This document shows positions 26,994 to 34,691 of a DNA stretch of 64,000 nt, in pieces; the stretch's first letter is position 1, and each line of letters begins with the position of its first letter. Under the pieces are notes generated by a model that saw only the letters and a list, made by a program, of their open reading frames with translations, did not search any database and had not been told where the DNA came from. Source of the stretch: an uncultured Atopobiaceae bacterium (GTDB lineage Bacteria > Actinomycetota > Coriobacteriia > Coriobacteriales > Atopobiaceae); NCBI GenBank assembly GCA_944320975.1, contig CALUJM010000009.1:18484-82483 (forward strand). Direction: 5' to 3'. Both the position numbers and the translations under genes were made by a program.

Positions 26994-27512
26994 ATGGCAC
27001 TTTCCGCCGAAGTCACCGCCGTCCTCAACGAGCAGATCAACAAGGAGATGTACTCCGCCTACCTCTACCTCACCTTTGCCGATTACTACGACGACCGCGG
27101 CCTCAAGGGCTTTGCCAACTGGTACGAGATCCAGGCCAAGGAGGAGATGGACCACGCCCTGGCCATCCGCCGCTACCTGCTCGATAACGACTTCCGCCCT
27201 GCGATGGAGGCCATCGCCAAGCCCGACAAGACCTTCGAGAGCGACCTCGCGCCGCTGGAGGCCGGCCTCGAGCACGAGGAGTACGTCACGAGCCTCATCC
27301 ATCACTGCTACGAGGTCGCTCATGCCGCCCACGATGTCCGCACGATGAAGTTCCTGGACTGGTTCGTGGAGGAGCAGGGCGAGGAGGAGACCAACGCCCG
27401 CGACATGATCACCAACATGAAGCTCTTCGGTTGCGACCCCAAGGGGCTCTACGACCTCGATCGCGAGTACCAGGCGCGCACCTACGTGCAGTCCGCCTCC
27501 CTCAAGCTCTAG
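26994..27512 (+). CDS. ftn: Ferritin (non-haem, FtnA-like)
   Basis: Ferroxidase-centre residues occur in LNEQINKEMYSAYLYL...EEMDHA...EHEEYV...EEQGEEE. ATG 26994 follows GAGAAAGGAA. Confidence 0.85.
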   Translation: MALSAEVTAVLNEQINKEMYSAYLYLTFADYYDDRGLKGFANWYEIQAKEEMDHALAIRRYLLDNDFRPAMEAIAKPDKTFESDLAPLEAGLEHEEYVTSLIHHCYEVAHAAHDVRTMKFLDWFVEEQGEEETNARDMITNMKLFGCDPKGLYDLDREYQARTYVQSASLKL

Positions 27513-27537
27513 CTGTCAAAAGGGGACGTGACGGGCT

Positions 27538-27582
27538 GTGACAATTAGGGCAGGTGACAATTTAACCTGTCCTAATTGTCAC
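27538..27582. repeat. Family A palindrome, copy A2 (short form)
   Basis: GTGACAATTAGGGCAGGT, loop GACAATTTA, then ACCTGTCCTAATTGTCAC (1 mismatch). It lies after the ferritin gene. Confidence 0.85.
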
Positions 27583-27635
27583 GCCCCAACTGTCACGCCC
27601 GCCGCTTGTGGAGATAATCTGGCGAGAAAAACCCG

Positions 27636-27664
27636 TTGCCGCGGCGCCATCCGCGTGCTATTCT
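27636..27664 (+). promoter_or_regulatory. Candidate sigma-70-type promoter of the infC-rpmI-rplT operon
   Basis: TTGCCG (27636-41), a 17-nt spacer, then TATTCT (27659-64), about 190 nt upstream of infC. Confidence 0.4.
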
Positions 27665-27779
27665 CGTCAAGTGTGCTTTTGCGAAGTGGGATCGAAAGCG
27701 GGTCCCCACCTACACGGCGCCTCACGGCTGCTGTCTGGTCAGACAACGTATGCTCTTCTCGCCTTCGGGCGAGCGATGT

Positions 27780-27817
27780 CTCCCGGACGCCGCTGCTTGG
27801 TGTCGGGAGCTTTTTTG
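27780..27817 (+). terminator. Leader attenuator terminator upstream of infC (L20-leader-like arrangement)
   Basis: The stem CTCCCGGAC / GTCGGGAG (one bulge) is followed by TTTTTT (27811-16), 38 nt before the infC start. It is preceded by the small hairpins GTCTGgtCAGAC and CTCGCCttcgGGCGAG. Confidence 0.55.
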
Positions 27818-27854
27818 TGGCGCAAGCCGCAGATGTGAGAGGAAGGGGTTCGAC

Positions 27855-28430
27855 ATAGCCAGGAACGATGGTCCTCGCATCAACGAGGAGATTACGTCCC
27901 GCACGTGCCGTCTGATTGGCATCGACGGCTCCCAGATGGGTCTGTTCGGCGTTCGCGACGCGCTTCGCATCGCCCGCGACCAGGGCCTCGATCTCGTCGA
28001 GATCGCCCCCAACGCGGAGCCGCCCGTCTGCAAGATGCTCGACTACCGCAAGTTCAAGTACGAGCAGGACCGCAAGGCCAAGGCCGCCCGCAAGAACCAG
28101 GCCAGGGTCGAGGTCAAGGAGATGAAGTTCCGTCCCAAGATCGACGTGGGCGACTACGAGACCAAGAAGGGTCACGTCATCCGCTTCCTCAAGAAGGGCG
28201 CTCGCGTCAAGATCACGATCATGTTCCGCGGTCGTGAGATGGCGCATCCGGAGCAGGGGCGCATGGTGCTCGATCGCCTTGCCGAGGACCTGAAGGACGT
28301 CGCGACCGTCGAGCAGAAGCCCCTCATGGAGGGTCGCAACATGCACATGACCATCGTCCCGATCAAGGGCGCCTTTGACGAGAAGCCCAAGACCGAAGAC
28401 GAGAATGTCACTACGGAGAAGGAGAACTAG
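27855..28430 (+). CDS. infC: Translation initiation factor IF-3
   Basis: Canonical IF-3 sequence ([21 protein letters not shown]...[24 protein letters not shown]...). No ATG/GTG/TTG lies at the conserved N-terminus. An in-frame ATA at 27855 follows GAGGAAGGGG, consistent with the unusual infC start codons known in bacteria. Confidence 0.85.
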   Translation: MARNDGPRINEEITSRTCRLIGIDGSQMGLFGVRDALRIARDQGLDLVEIAPNAEPPVCKMLDYRKFKYEQDRKAKAARKNQARVEVKEMKFRPKIDVGDYETKKGHVIRFLKKGARVKITIMFRGREMAHPEQGRMVLDRLAEDLKDVATVEQKPLMEGRNMHMTIVPIKGAFDEKPKTEDENVTTEKEN

Positions 28431-28431
28431 C

Positions 28432-28629
28432 ATGCCCAAGATGAAGACGCACAAGGGTACGGCAAAGCGCTTCCGCCGCACCGGCTCTGGCAAGATCATG
28501 CGCGCCAAGGCGTTCAAGAGCCACATCCTCACCAAGAAGTCGCCCAAGCGCATCCGCGGCTTCCGCCAGGAGACCGTCATCTCTCCTGCCGACGTCAAGA
28601 CCGTCTCCCAGCGTATGGGTTCCAACTAG
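28432..28629 (+). CDS. rpmI: 50S ribosomal protein L35
   Basis: [37 protein letters not shown]... The ATG is 1 nt after the infC stop. Confidence 0.95.
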   Translation: MPKMKTHKGTAKRFRRTGSGKIMRAKAFKSHILTKKSPKRIRGFRQETVISPADVKTVSQRMGSN

Positions 28630-28677
28630 GCGCGCGAGCGTCCCGAGAAGTACTTTCCAACGAGGAGTTGATTAGAT

Positions 28678-29037
28678 ATGGCACGAGTCAAGCGCGCCGT
28701 CGCCGGCCGTAAGAAGCGTCAGACGCTCGTCGAGCGCACCAAGGGTTACTACGGAGTCCGCTCCCGCACCTTCCGCGGCATGAAGGAGCAGGCTCAGCAC
28801 TCCGGTCAGTACGCCTACCGCGATCGTCGCAACAAGAAGCGCGACTTCCGCGCCCTGTGGATCCAGCGTATCAACGCCGCTGCCCGCATGAACGGCCTCT
28901 CCTACAGCCAGTTCATGCACGGTCTCAAGCTCGCCGGCGTCGAGCTTGACCGCAAGGTCCTCGCCGAGATCGCCTACAGCGACGAGGCCACCTTCGCCGA
29001 CATCGCCGAGGTCGCCAAGAAGGCCCTCGCGGAGTAG
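28678..29037 (+). CDS. rplT: 50S ribosomal protein L20
   Basis: [33 protein letters not shown]...; 119 aa. Confidence 0.95.
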   Translation: MARVKRAVAGRKKRQTLVERTKGYYGVRSRTFRGMKEQAQHSGQYAYRDRRNKKRDFRALWIQRINAAARMNGLSYSQFMHGLKLAGVELDRKVLAEIAYSDEATFADIAEVAKKALAE

Positions 29038-29067
29038 GTGACAAAGGGACATTCCCTTCGCCGCATC

Positions 29068-29100
29068 GCGCCCCGGGTTACGACCCGGGGCGCATTTTGT
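29068..29100 (+). terminator. Rho-independent terminator after rplT
   Basis: The 11-bp stem GCGCCCCGGGT (29068-78) / ACCCGGGGCGC (29083-93) has loop TACG and is followed by ATTTTGT. Confidence 0.85.
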
Positions 29101-29239
29101 CTAGGTCATATGCCGTTTACCACCAAATTGGTGCCGTCTACGAAAGACATGACGACGATTGCTTAAACTCTGGCTACACGGGAACAAAGACTATGACGTC
29201 GGCAATCGTCGCTACCCACAAAGCGACCGACAGAGGAGG

Positions 29240-29488
29240 CGAGTCCAGTGAACAGCGATCAGATAGCGGGGTTTGGACCCGCCTTCCGCGCGACCGAGAC
29301 CCTGTAGCTTCGGGCGAGCGCACTCGCCAACGTCTTCCGACGCGTTGTTCGGATTGGGTCGTTGACAGAAGCTGCGGAGCGGGTCCAGACATTGAATCGC
29401 TAGCTGTCCTACATACACCGCAGAGGCACGGGCGATTCCAGAGTTTAGATGAGGCGGGGCGGCGCAATGGGGCGCCGCCCCTGTTTTA
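29240..29488 (+). ncRNA. Candidate structured non-coding RNA of unknown family (5' end undefined), ending in an intrinsic terminator
   Basis: Three nested long-range helices: 29254-59/29396-401, 29271-82/29379-90 and 29302-11/29368-77. The latter two contain G-U pairs possible only in a plus-strand transcript. They enclose the local hairpins GGCGAGcgcaCTCGCC and CGTCttccGACG. A terminator lies at 29456-88. No plausible CDS is present. Confidence 0.4.
29456..29488 (+). terminator. Rho-independent terminator closing the candidate ncRNA region
   Basis: The stem GGGGCGGCGC (29456-65) / GCGCCGCCCC (29472-81) has loop AATGGG and is followed by TGTTTT. Confidence 0.75.
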
Positions 29489-29556
29489 TGCGTGACGCCG
29501 CTATGCCATGGTAGGGCCCGGTACCGCGGGGGTGGCGGCACCGGGCCAGATCATGT

Positions 29557-29580
29557 GTCGAGAAGAACGTTCTTCTCGAC
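29557..29580 (-). terminator. Perfect 24-nt palindrome immediately after the CAP-domain gene stop (possible terminator hairpin; made of two copies of the dispersed GAGAAGAAC motif)
   Basis: GTCGAGAAGAAC|GTTCTTCTCGAC lies 2 nt from the stop codon at 29583-85. There is no clear U-run on the minus strand. Confidence 0.45.
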
Positions 29581-29582
29581 GC

Positions 29583-30983
29583 TTACTTACATCCGTACCA
29601 GCCTATGCCCTCGTCCTTCCATCCGAGGGAGACGAGCATGTCGCGCTCGCCGGCGTTAGCCGTGTAGTTGTGGGTGCCCGTGACGGCGTTGGGATTGTAC
29701 TGGCGGTAGAGGGGCATGCCGTCCGAGCCAGCAGAATACCAGCCGATTCCCTCGCCGGTCCAGCCGAGGCTCACAAGCCAGTCGTACTCGTCCTTGTCCA
29801 TCGTGTAGTGGTGGTCGCCACCGACGACATGCGAGTTGTAGAGGCGGTAGACGGGGTCTCCGGTGACCGGTGCGACCCAGCCCGCGCCTTCGTTCTTCCA
29901 TCCGAGCGAGATGAGGTTCGCGCGCTCGTCGGAGTTGCTGGTGTAGAAGTGCTCCCCGGTGTTGGGGTTGTAGAGGCGCCACATGATCTGCGTCTGTCCC
30001 GGGATGGCCTCCGGCAGGTCGACCGAGCCTCCGCCCGGGTTGGCGGCGCTTCCGCCGCTCACCACGAAAGCGCGGGTCCACGTGTGGCCGCCCTGAGAGG
30101 TGGCGGTCACCGTCGCGGTTCCATTCGAGACTGCGGTGACGACGCCGTGTTCACTCACCGTGGCAACGTTCTCGTTCGAGGACTTCCATGTGTAGAAGTC
30201 AGGGTCGGCAGGGCAGAAGACGTAGTCCCAGCCGGGATTGGGGATCCCGACGCGCAGCTCGTAGGTGTCTCCCGCGGAGAGGGAGACGGTGTCCTCCTGG
30301 GCCTGGTTGAGGTTGAATCCGGATTGGGAGAGGGGAACCGTTGCGTAGCTGAAGCCGATCGTCGCCTGCCCGTAGACGGACCCCGACTGAACGGTGCCCG
30401 TTGCCGCGCCCCGCCCGAAGAGCTGGGTCCAATATGTGACGCCGCCCACGGTGAAGCAACCGACGCCGATCGAGTTCCAGGAACCCATGATGTTGGACCT
30501 GTGCCCCGGGCTGTTCATCCACTGGCTCATCGTCGCCGCGGGCGTGCTGGAGCCTGCGGCGATGTTCTCACCGGATGCCTTGCCGGAGATGGTGAAGCAG
30601 CTGGAGCCGTCGGGGCGGGTATGGCTGAAGTTGAGGGCGCACTCGGCGGAGCGAACCATTGCGGCCTCTGTCAGGTCCTCGTCCATGGAGAGGGGGCTCA
30701 GGCCCTGTGCCGCGCGCTCCTGGTTGACGAGGTCGACGATCTGCCGTGCATAGTCGTAGTTGAGGAGCCCCGTCATGCCCGTGACGTCGTCGACGGATGC
30801 CATCAGATCGATGCTGTCTTGATCTTGGCGGACGGCGGCGTCGATTGAGGGCGCCGTCAGGGCCGATGCCTCGCGGGGATACGCCGTGAAGGAGAGAAGC
30901 ACGGCGAAGAGCGCTGTCGCGAGCAGGCTTGCCGTCGCGCGCCGTCCTGCGGTCGGCATTGTCTTTCTGTTAGACATGGGCAC
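29583..30983 (-). CDS. Secreted multidomain protein: signal peptide + CAP/SCP (YkwD-like) domain + Ig-like (Big_2-like) domain + three C-terminal ~45-aa repeats
   Basis: Signal peptide (ATASLLATALFAVLLSFTAYPREASA). CAP motifs (VNQERAAQGLSPL...HTRPDGS...GENIA...WMNSPGHRSNI). Ig-like segment (VATVSEHGVVTAVSNGTATVTATS). Three repeats of the type YRLYNPNTGEHFYT..E...L.SLGW..EG.GW. Confidence 0.8.
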   Translation of the reverse strand: MPMSNRKTMPTAGRRATASLLATALFAVLLSFTAYPREASALTAPSIDAAVRQDQDSIDLMASVDDVTGMTGLLNYDYARQIVDLVNQERAAQGLSPLSMDEDLTEAAMVRSAECALNFSHTRPDGSSCFTISGKASGENIAAGSSTPAATMSQWMNSPGHRSNIMGSWNSIGVGCFTVGGVTYWTQLFGRGAATGTVQSGSVYGQATIGFSYATVPLSQSGFNLNQAQEDTVSLSAGDTYELRVGIPNPGWDYVFCPADPDFYTWKSSNENVATVSEHGVVTAVSNGTATVTATSQGGHTWTRAFVVSGGSAANPGGGSVDLPEAIPGQTQIMWRLYNPNTGEHFYTSNSDERANLISLGWKNEGAGWVAPVTGDPVYRLYNSHVVGGDHHYTMDKDEYDWLVSLGWTGEGIGWYSAGSDGMPLYRQYNPNAVTGTHNYTANAGERDMLVSLGWKDEGIGWYGCK

Positions 30984-31200
30984 ACCCTTCTTCTGGGCGG
31001 CGGCCGGAACCGCCGCGTTGGGTCGTTAGGCGTAGTATAGGCGCGCTGACCGGCGAATTCTTTGCGCAAATCCCGAAGCTTCCGCCTGCGGCGATACTGT
31101 TGGGCGGGCGGTATAAGGAGACGCGGCTGCCAGGGGCGTCAAACGAAGGACCCGGCACCGCAGGGGGCGGCACCGGGTCCACATCAAACTTTTGTGTGAA

Positions 31201-31217
31201 TTGGGGACTGTCCCCAA
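31201..31217. repeat. Family H hairpin (TTGGGGAC-T-GTCCCCAA) just downstream of the ilvC stop
   Basis: A perfect 8-bp-arm palindrome, 11 nt from the ilvC stop codon. Confidence 0.85.
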
Positions 31218-31227
31218 CTAACAGACG

Positions 31228-32223
31228 CTACTTCTTAATCCAGCTGAACATGGAGCGGATCTTCTCGCCGGTCTTCTCGATGGGGTGGGAGTTGATGGCC
31301 TCGCGCTGCTCGAGGAGCCACTTGTGGCCGTTGTTGCAGTCGTCGACGAACTCCTGCGCGAAGCTGCCGTCCTGGATGCGGGCCAGGATGCGCTTCATCG
31401 CCTCGCGGGACTCGGCATTGATGACCTGCGGGCCGGCGTAGTACTCGCCGTACTCGGCGGTGTTGGAGATCGAGTAGTTCATGAAGTGGATGCCGGACTC
31501 GTACATGAGGTCGACGATCATCTTCATCTCGTGGTAGACCTCGAAGTAGGCCAGCTCCTCGGGGTAGCCCGCCTCGGTCAGGGTCTCGAAGCCGGCCTTG
31601 ACCAGCTCGACGAGGCCGCCGCAGAGCACGGCCTGCTCGCCGAAGAGGTCTTCCTCGGTCTCCTCCTTGAAGGTGGCCTTGATGATGCCGGAGCGGGCGC
31701 CGCCGACGCCCCAGCAGTAGGAGAGCGCGATGTCCCAGGCGTCGCCGGTGGCGTCCTGCGCCACGCACGCGAGGTCGGGCACGCCGGAGCCCTCGGTGTA
31801 CTGACGGCGGACGATGTGGCCCGGGCCCTTGGGCGCGCACATGATGACGTTGACGTCCTCGGGCGCCTTGATGTAGCCGTAGTGGATGTTGAAGCCGTGT
31901 GCGAAGGCGAGGGTGTCGCCGGCCTTGAGGTGGTCCTTGACGTGCTCCTCGTAGACCTTGGGCTGGATCTCGTCGGGGACGAGCATCATGATGACGTCGG
32001 CCTCCTCCGCCGCGTCGTCCATGCTCATGACCTTGAGGCCGGCCTCCTGCGCCGCCTGGGCGGACTTGGAGCCCTCGCGCAGGCCAACGCGGACGTCCAC
32101 GCCGGAGTCCATGAGGTTGAGCGCGTGGGCGTGGCCCTGGGAGCCGTAGCCGATGATGGCGACCTTCTTGCCCAGGATCACCTCGGGGTTGACGTCGTTC
32201 TCGTAGTAGATGGTGACGGCCAT
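31228..32223 (-). CDS. ilvC: Ketol-acid reductoisomerase
   Basis: [11 protein letters not shown]...[17 protein letters not shown]... is canonical class I KARI. ATG 32223 follows TAAGGAGAAAAGC. Confidence 0.95.
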   Translation of the reverse strand: MAVTIYYENDVNPEVILGKKVAIIGYGSQGHAHALNLMDSGVDVRVGLREGSKSAQAAQEAGLKVMSMDDAAEEADVIMMLVPDEIQPKVYEEHVKDHLKAGDTLAFAHGFNIHYGYIKAPEDVNVIMCAPKGPGHIVRRQYTEGSGVPDLACVAQDATGDAWDIALSYCWGVGGARSGIIKATFKEETEEDLFGEQAVLCGGLVELVKAGFETLTEAGYPEELAYFEVYHEMKMIVDLMYESGIHFMNYSISNTAEYGEYYAGPQVINAESREAMKRILARIQDGSFAQEFVDDCNNGHKWLLEQREAINSHPIEKTGEKIRSMFSWIKK

Positions 32224-32299
32224 GCTTTTCTCCTTAGTCTTGCCGTTCGTTGCTATGCTCATCCGCCGAGAAGGACGGCGGGTGGTGCCGGGTGGGGCA

Positions 32300-32336
32300 A
32301 ATGATTCAAAAGGGGACTGTCCCCAATTGAATCATT
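32300..32336. repeat. Family H hairpin spanning the ilvN stop / ilvN-ilvC spacer
   Basis: AATGATTCAAAAGGGGAC-T-GTCCCCAATTGAATCATT (2 internal mismatches). It has the same GGGGACTGTCCCC core as 31201-17. Confidence 0.85.
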
Positions 32337-32820
32337 GCTCGTGTGCGCCGCGGGCCATGGCGATCTTGCCCGTGCGCGTGAGCTGCTTGATGCCGTAGCC
32401 GCGGAAGAGGTCCTCCATCGCGTCGAGCTTGCTCGCGGTGCCGGTGGCCTCGATTGTGAGCGAGTTCTTGCCCACGTCGACGACCTTGGCGCGGAAGACG
32501 TTGGCAATCTCGATGACCTCGTGGCGGCGCTCCGGGGATGCCTGCACCTTGAAGAGGACGAGCTCGCGCTCGACGGCCTCCTCGTAGGTGAGGTCTGAGA
32601 TCTTGTAGACCGAGACGAGCTTGTGGAGCTGCTTGGTGATCTGCTCGAAGCCTACCTCGTCTGCCTCAACGATGATGGTCATGCGCGAGAGGCTCTCGTC
32701 CTCCGTGGGGGCGACGGTGAGCGACTCGATGTTGAAGCCTCGGCGGCTGATGAGGCCCGTGACGCGGGAGAGCACGCCCGGCTTGTTCTCAACGAGAACG
32801 GAGAGCAGGTAGTTCATCAC
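32332..32820 (-). CDS. ilvN: Acetolactate synthase small (regulatory) subunit
   Basis: 162 aa with an ACT domain (LSVLVENKPGVLSRVTGLISRRGFNIESLTV). Overlaps the ilvB stop. Confidence 0.9.
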   Translation of the reverse strand: MMNYLLSVLVENKPGVLSRVTGLISRRGFNIESLTVAPTEDESLSRMTIIVEADEVGFEQITKQLHKLVSVYKISDLTYEEAVERELVLFKVQASPERRHEVIEIANVFRAKVVDVGKNSLTIEATGTASKLDAMEDLFRGYGIKQLTRTGKIAMARGAHEQ

Positions 32821-34691
32821 TCATCAACTCCTTCGTGGGACGGGCGCGGGCGTCCGGCCTCGCCGAAGCCCTTCTCGGTCACGCGGACGCCGCCGAGGGT
32901 CACGTCGAGCGCGCCGATGATGTCGTCGATCGGGGCGCCGGGGGCGACCATCGGGTAGACGGTCTGCGCGGCCGGGATGACCACGTCGAGCAGGTACGGG
33001 CCGTCGGCGGCGAGCATCTCGTCGAGCGCGGCGTCGACCTCGTCGGGATGCGAGATGCGGGCGGCCTGCCAGCCGTAGGCGTCGGCGAGCTTGACGAAGT
33101 CGGGGTTGTCCGCGAGCTCGGTGAACGAGAAGCGGTCGTTGTAGAAGAGGTGCTGCCACTGGTGGACCATGCCGAGGGCGCGGTTGTCGATGATGACCAC
33201 CTTGACGTTCACGCCGTTGATCTTGGCGGTGGCCATCTCCTGGCTGTTCATCTGGAACGAGCCGTCGCCGGCGATGCAGACGACCTGCTCGTCAGGGCAG
33301 CCGATCTTGGCGCCGATGGCGGCGGGGAAGCCGAAGCCCATCGTGCCGAGGCCGCCCGAGGAGATGAAGGTGCGCGCGTGCTCGCGGTGGATGTTCTGCA
33401 GCGCCCACATCTGGTGCTGGCCGACCTCGGTGGTGACGATGGAGGCGTGCGGGTCGAGCTTGTCGGAGAGCGTCTCGAGAAGGACCTCGGGGGCGATCTT
33501 GTCGGGGTAGTCCGCGAAGTCGGAGGTGTAGAACGGCCAGCGCTCGCGCCAGCTGAACACCTCGTCGCGCCAGGCCTCTGCGACCGGCGCGGCGCCCATC
33601 TTCTCGAGGCGCTCGTTGATCGCGGCGAGGACCACCTTGACGTCGCCCACGATGGGCACGGCGGGGTTCACGATCTTGCCGATCTCGGCCGGGTCGATGT
33701 CGATGTGGATGATCTTGGCGTGCGGGGCGAACTCCGACACCTTGCCGGTCACGCGGTCCGAGAAGCGCGCGCCGCAGGCGATGATGAGGTCGGACTCCGT
33801 TACGGCCATGTTGGCGTACTTGGAGCCGTGCATGCCCACGGGGCCGAGGTTGAGCGGGTTGGAGCAGGGGATGGCGGCCTTGCCCATGAGCGTGGTGACC
33901 ACCGGGATCTGCATGCGCTCGGCGAGCTCCACGAGCTCGGGGCAGGCGTGGGAGGCGACGATGCCGCCGCCGGCCATGATGAGCGGGCGCTTGGCCTCGG
34001 AGATGAGCTGCGCCGCCTGCTTGACCTGCTTGGCGTTGCCCTTGTAGGTGGGACGGTAGCTCGGGATGTTGACGGTGTCGGGATAGTGGAAGACCATCTC
34101 CGAGCCGGAGAGGTCGCTCGGGATGTCGATGAGCACGGGTCCCGGGCGGCCGGTCGAGGCGATGTAGAACGCCTCGCGGAAGGTGCGCGTGAGGTCGTCG
34201 GTTGACTGGAGCAGGAAGCTGTGCTTGACGATGGGCATGGTGATGCCCACGATGTCGGACTCCTGGAAGGCGTCCGTGCCGATGACGCCGCGCGTGACCT
34301 GGCCCGTGATGACGACCATGGGCACGGAGTCCATGTAGGCGGTGGCGATGCCGGTGACGGTGTTGGTGGCGCCGGGGCCCGACGTCACGAGGACCACGCC
34401 GACCTTGCCCGTGGCGCGCGCGTAGCCGTCGGCCATGTGCGTGGCGCCCTGCTCGTGGCGGGCGAGGACGTGATGGATCTTCTTGGAGTCGTAGAGCGCG
34501 TCGTAGATCTTGATGGCCTGGCCGCCGGGGTAGCCGAAGATGGTGTCCACGCCCTCGGCCTCGAGGCTGGCGATGATGGCCTGCGCCCCGGTCATGGTCT
34601 TGCCCTCGTGCTCGGTGCGGCTGCCCGGGCCGAACGGGCGCCCCTCGATGGCGCGCTGGCGCCGGGCGATCTTCTCCTCGGTGGTGATCAT
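32817..34691 (-). CDS. ilvB: Acetolactate synthase large (catalytic) subunit
   Basis: 624 aa. A ThDP enzyme with the GDG motif ([13 protein letters not shown]) and an AHAS-like N-terminus ([23 protein letters not shown]). Confidence 0.9.
   Translation of the reverse strand: MITTEEKIARRQRAIEGRPFGPGSRTEHEGKTMTGAQAIIASLEAEGVDTIFGYPGGQAIKIYDALYDSKKIHHVLARHEQGATHMADGYARATGKVGVVLVTSGPGATNTVTGIATAYMDSVPMVVITGQVTRGVIGTDAFQESDIVGITMPIVKHSFLLQSTDDLTRTFREAFYIASTGRPGPVLIDIPSDLSGSEMVFHYPDTVNIPSYRPTYKGNAKQVKQAAQLISEAKRPLIMAGGGIVASHACPELVELAERMQIPVVTTLMGKAAIPCSNPLNLGPVGMHGSKYANMAVTESDLIIACGARFSDRVTGKVSEFAPHAKIIHIDIDPAEIGKIVNPAVPIVGDVKVVLAAINERLEKMGAAPVAEAWRDEVFSWRERWPFYTSDFADYPDKIAPEVLLETLSDKLDPHASIVTTEVGQHQMWALQNIHREHARTFISSGGLGTMGFGFPAAIGAKIGCPDEQVVCIAGDGSFQMNSQEMATAKINGVNVKVVIIDNRALGMVHQWQHLFYNDRFSFTELADNPDFVKLADAYGWQAARISHPDEVDAALDEMLAADGPYLLDVVIPAAQTVYPMVAPGAPIDDIIGALDVTLGGVRVTEKGFGEAGRPRPSHEGVDE

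Noticed and set aside
25677-27000. tRNA-Leu-adjacent toxin-antitoxin pair as part of an integrated genomic island
   Set aside because: No integrase is present, and I saw no direct repeat of the tRNA 3' end. The TA genes lie on the 5' side of the tRNA, whereas integrative elements normally insert at the 3' end.
29097-29495. 132-aa ORF in the rplT-CAP spacer as a protein-coding gene
   Set aside because: It has no Shine-Dalgarno sequence, its composition is atypical for this genome's coding frames, and its translation has no recognisable motif. The region folds into nested helices and ends in a terminator, so it is better explained as non-coding RNA.
29101-29500. Identification of the structured region as tmRNA, RNase P RNA, SRP RNA, or a c-di-AMP (ydaO), FMN or lysine riboswitch
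   Set aside because: No tRNA-like GGTTCGA...CCACCA end or tag ORF ending in hydrophobic residues (tmRNA). No GAGGAAAGTCC / P4 elements (RNase P). No GGAA tetraloop domain IV (SRP). Only short chance resemblances to the riboswitch cores, and no downstream plus-strand gene to regulate.
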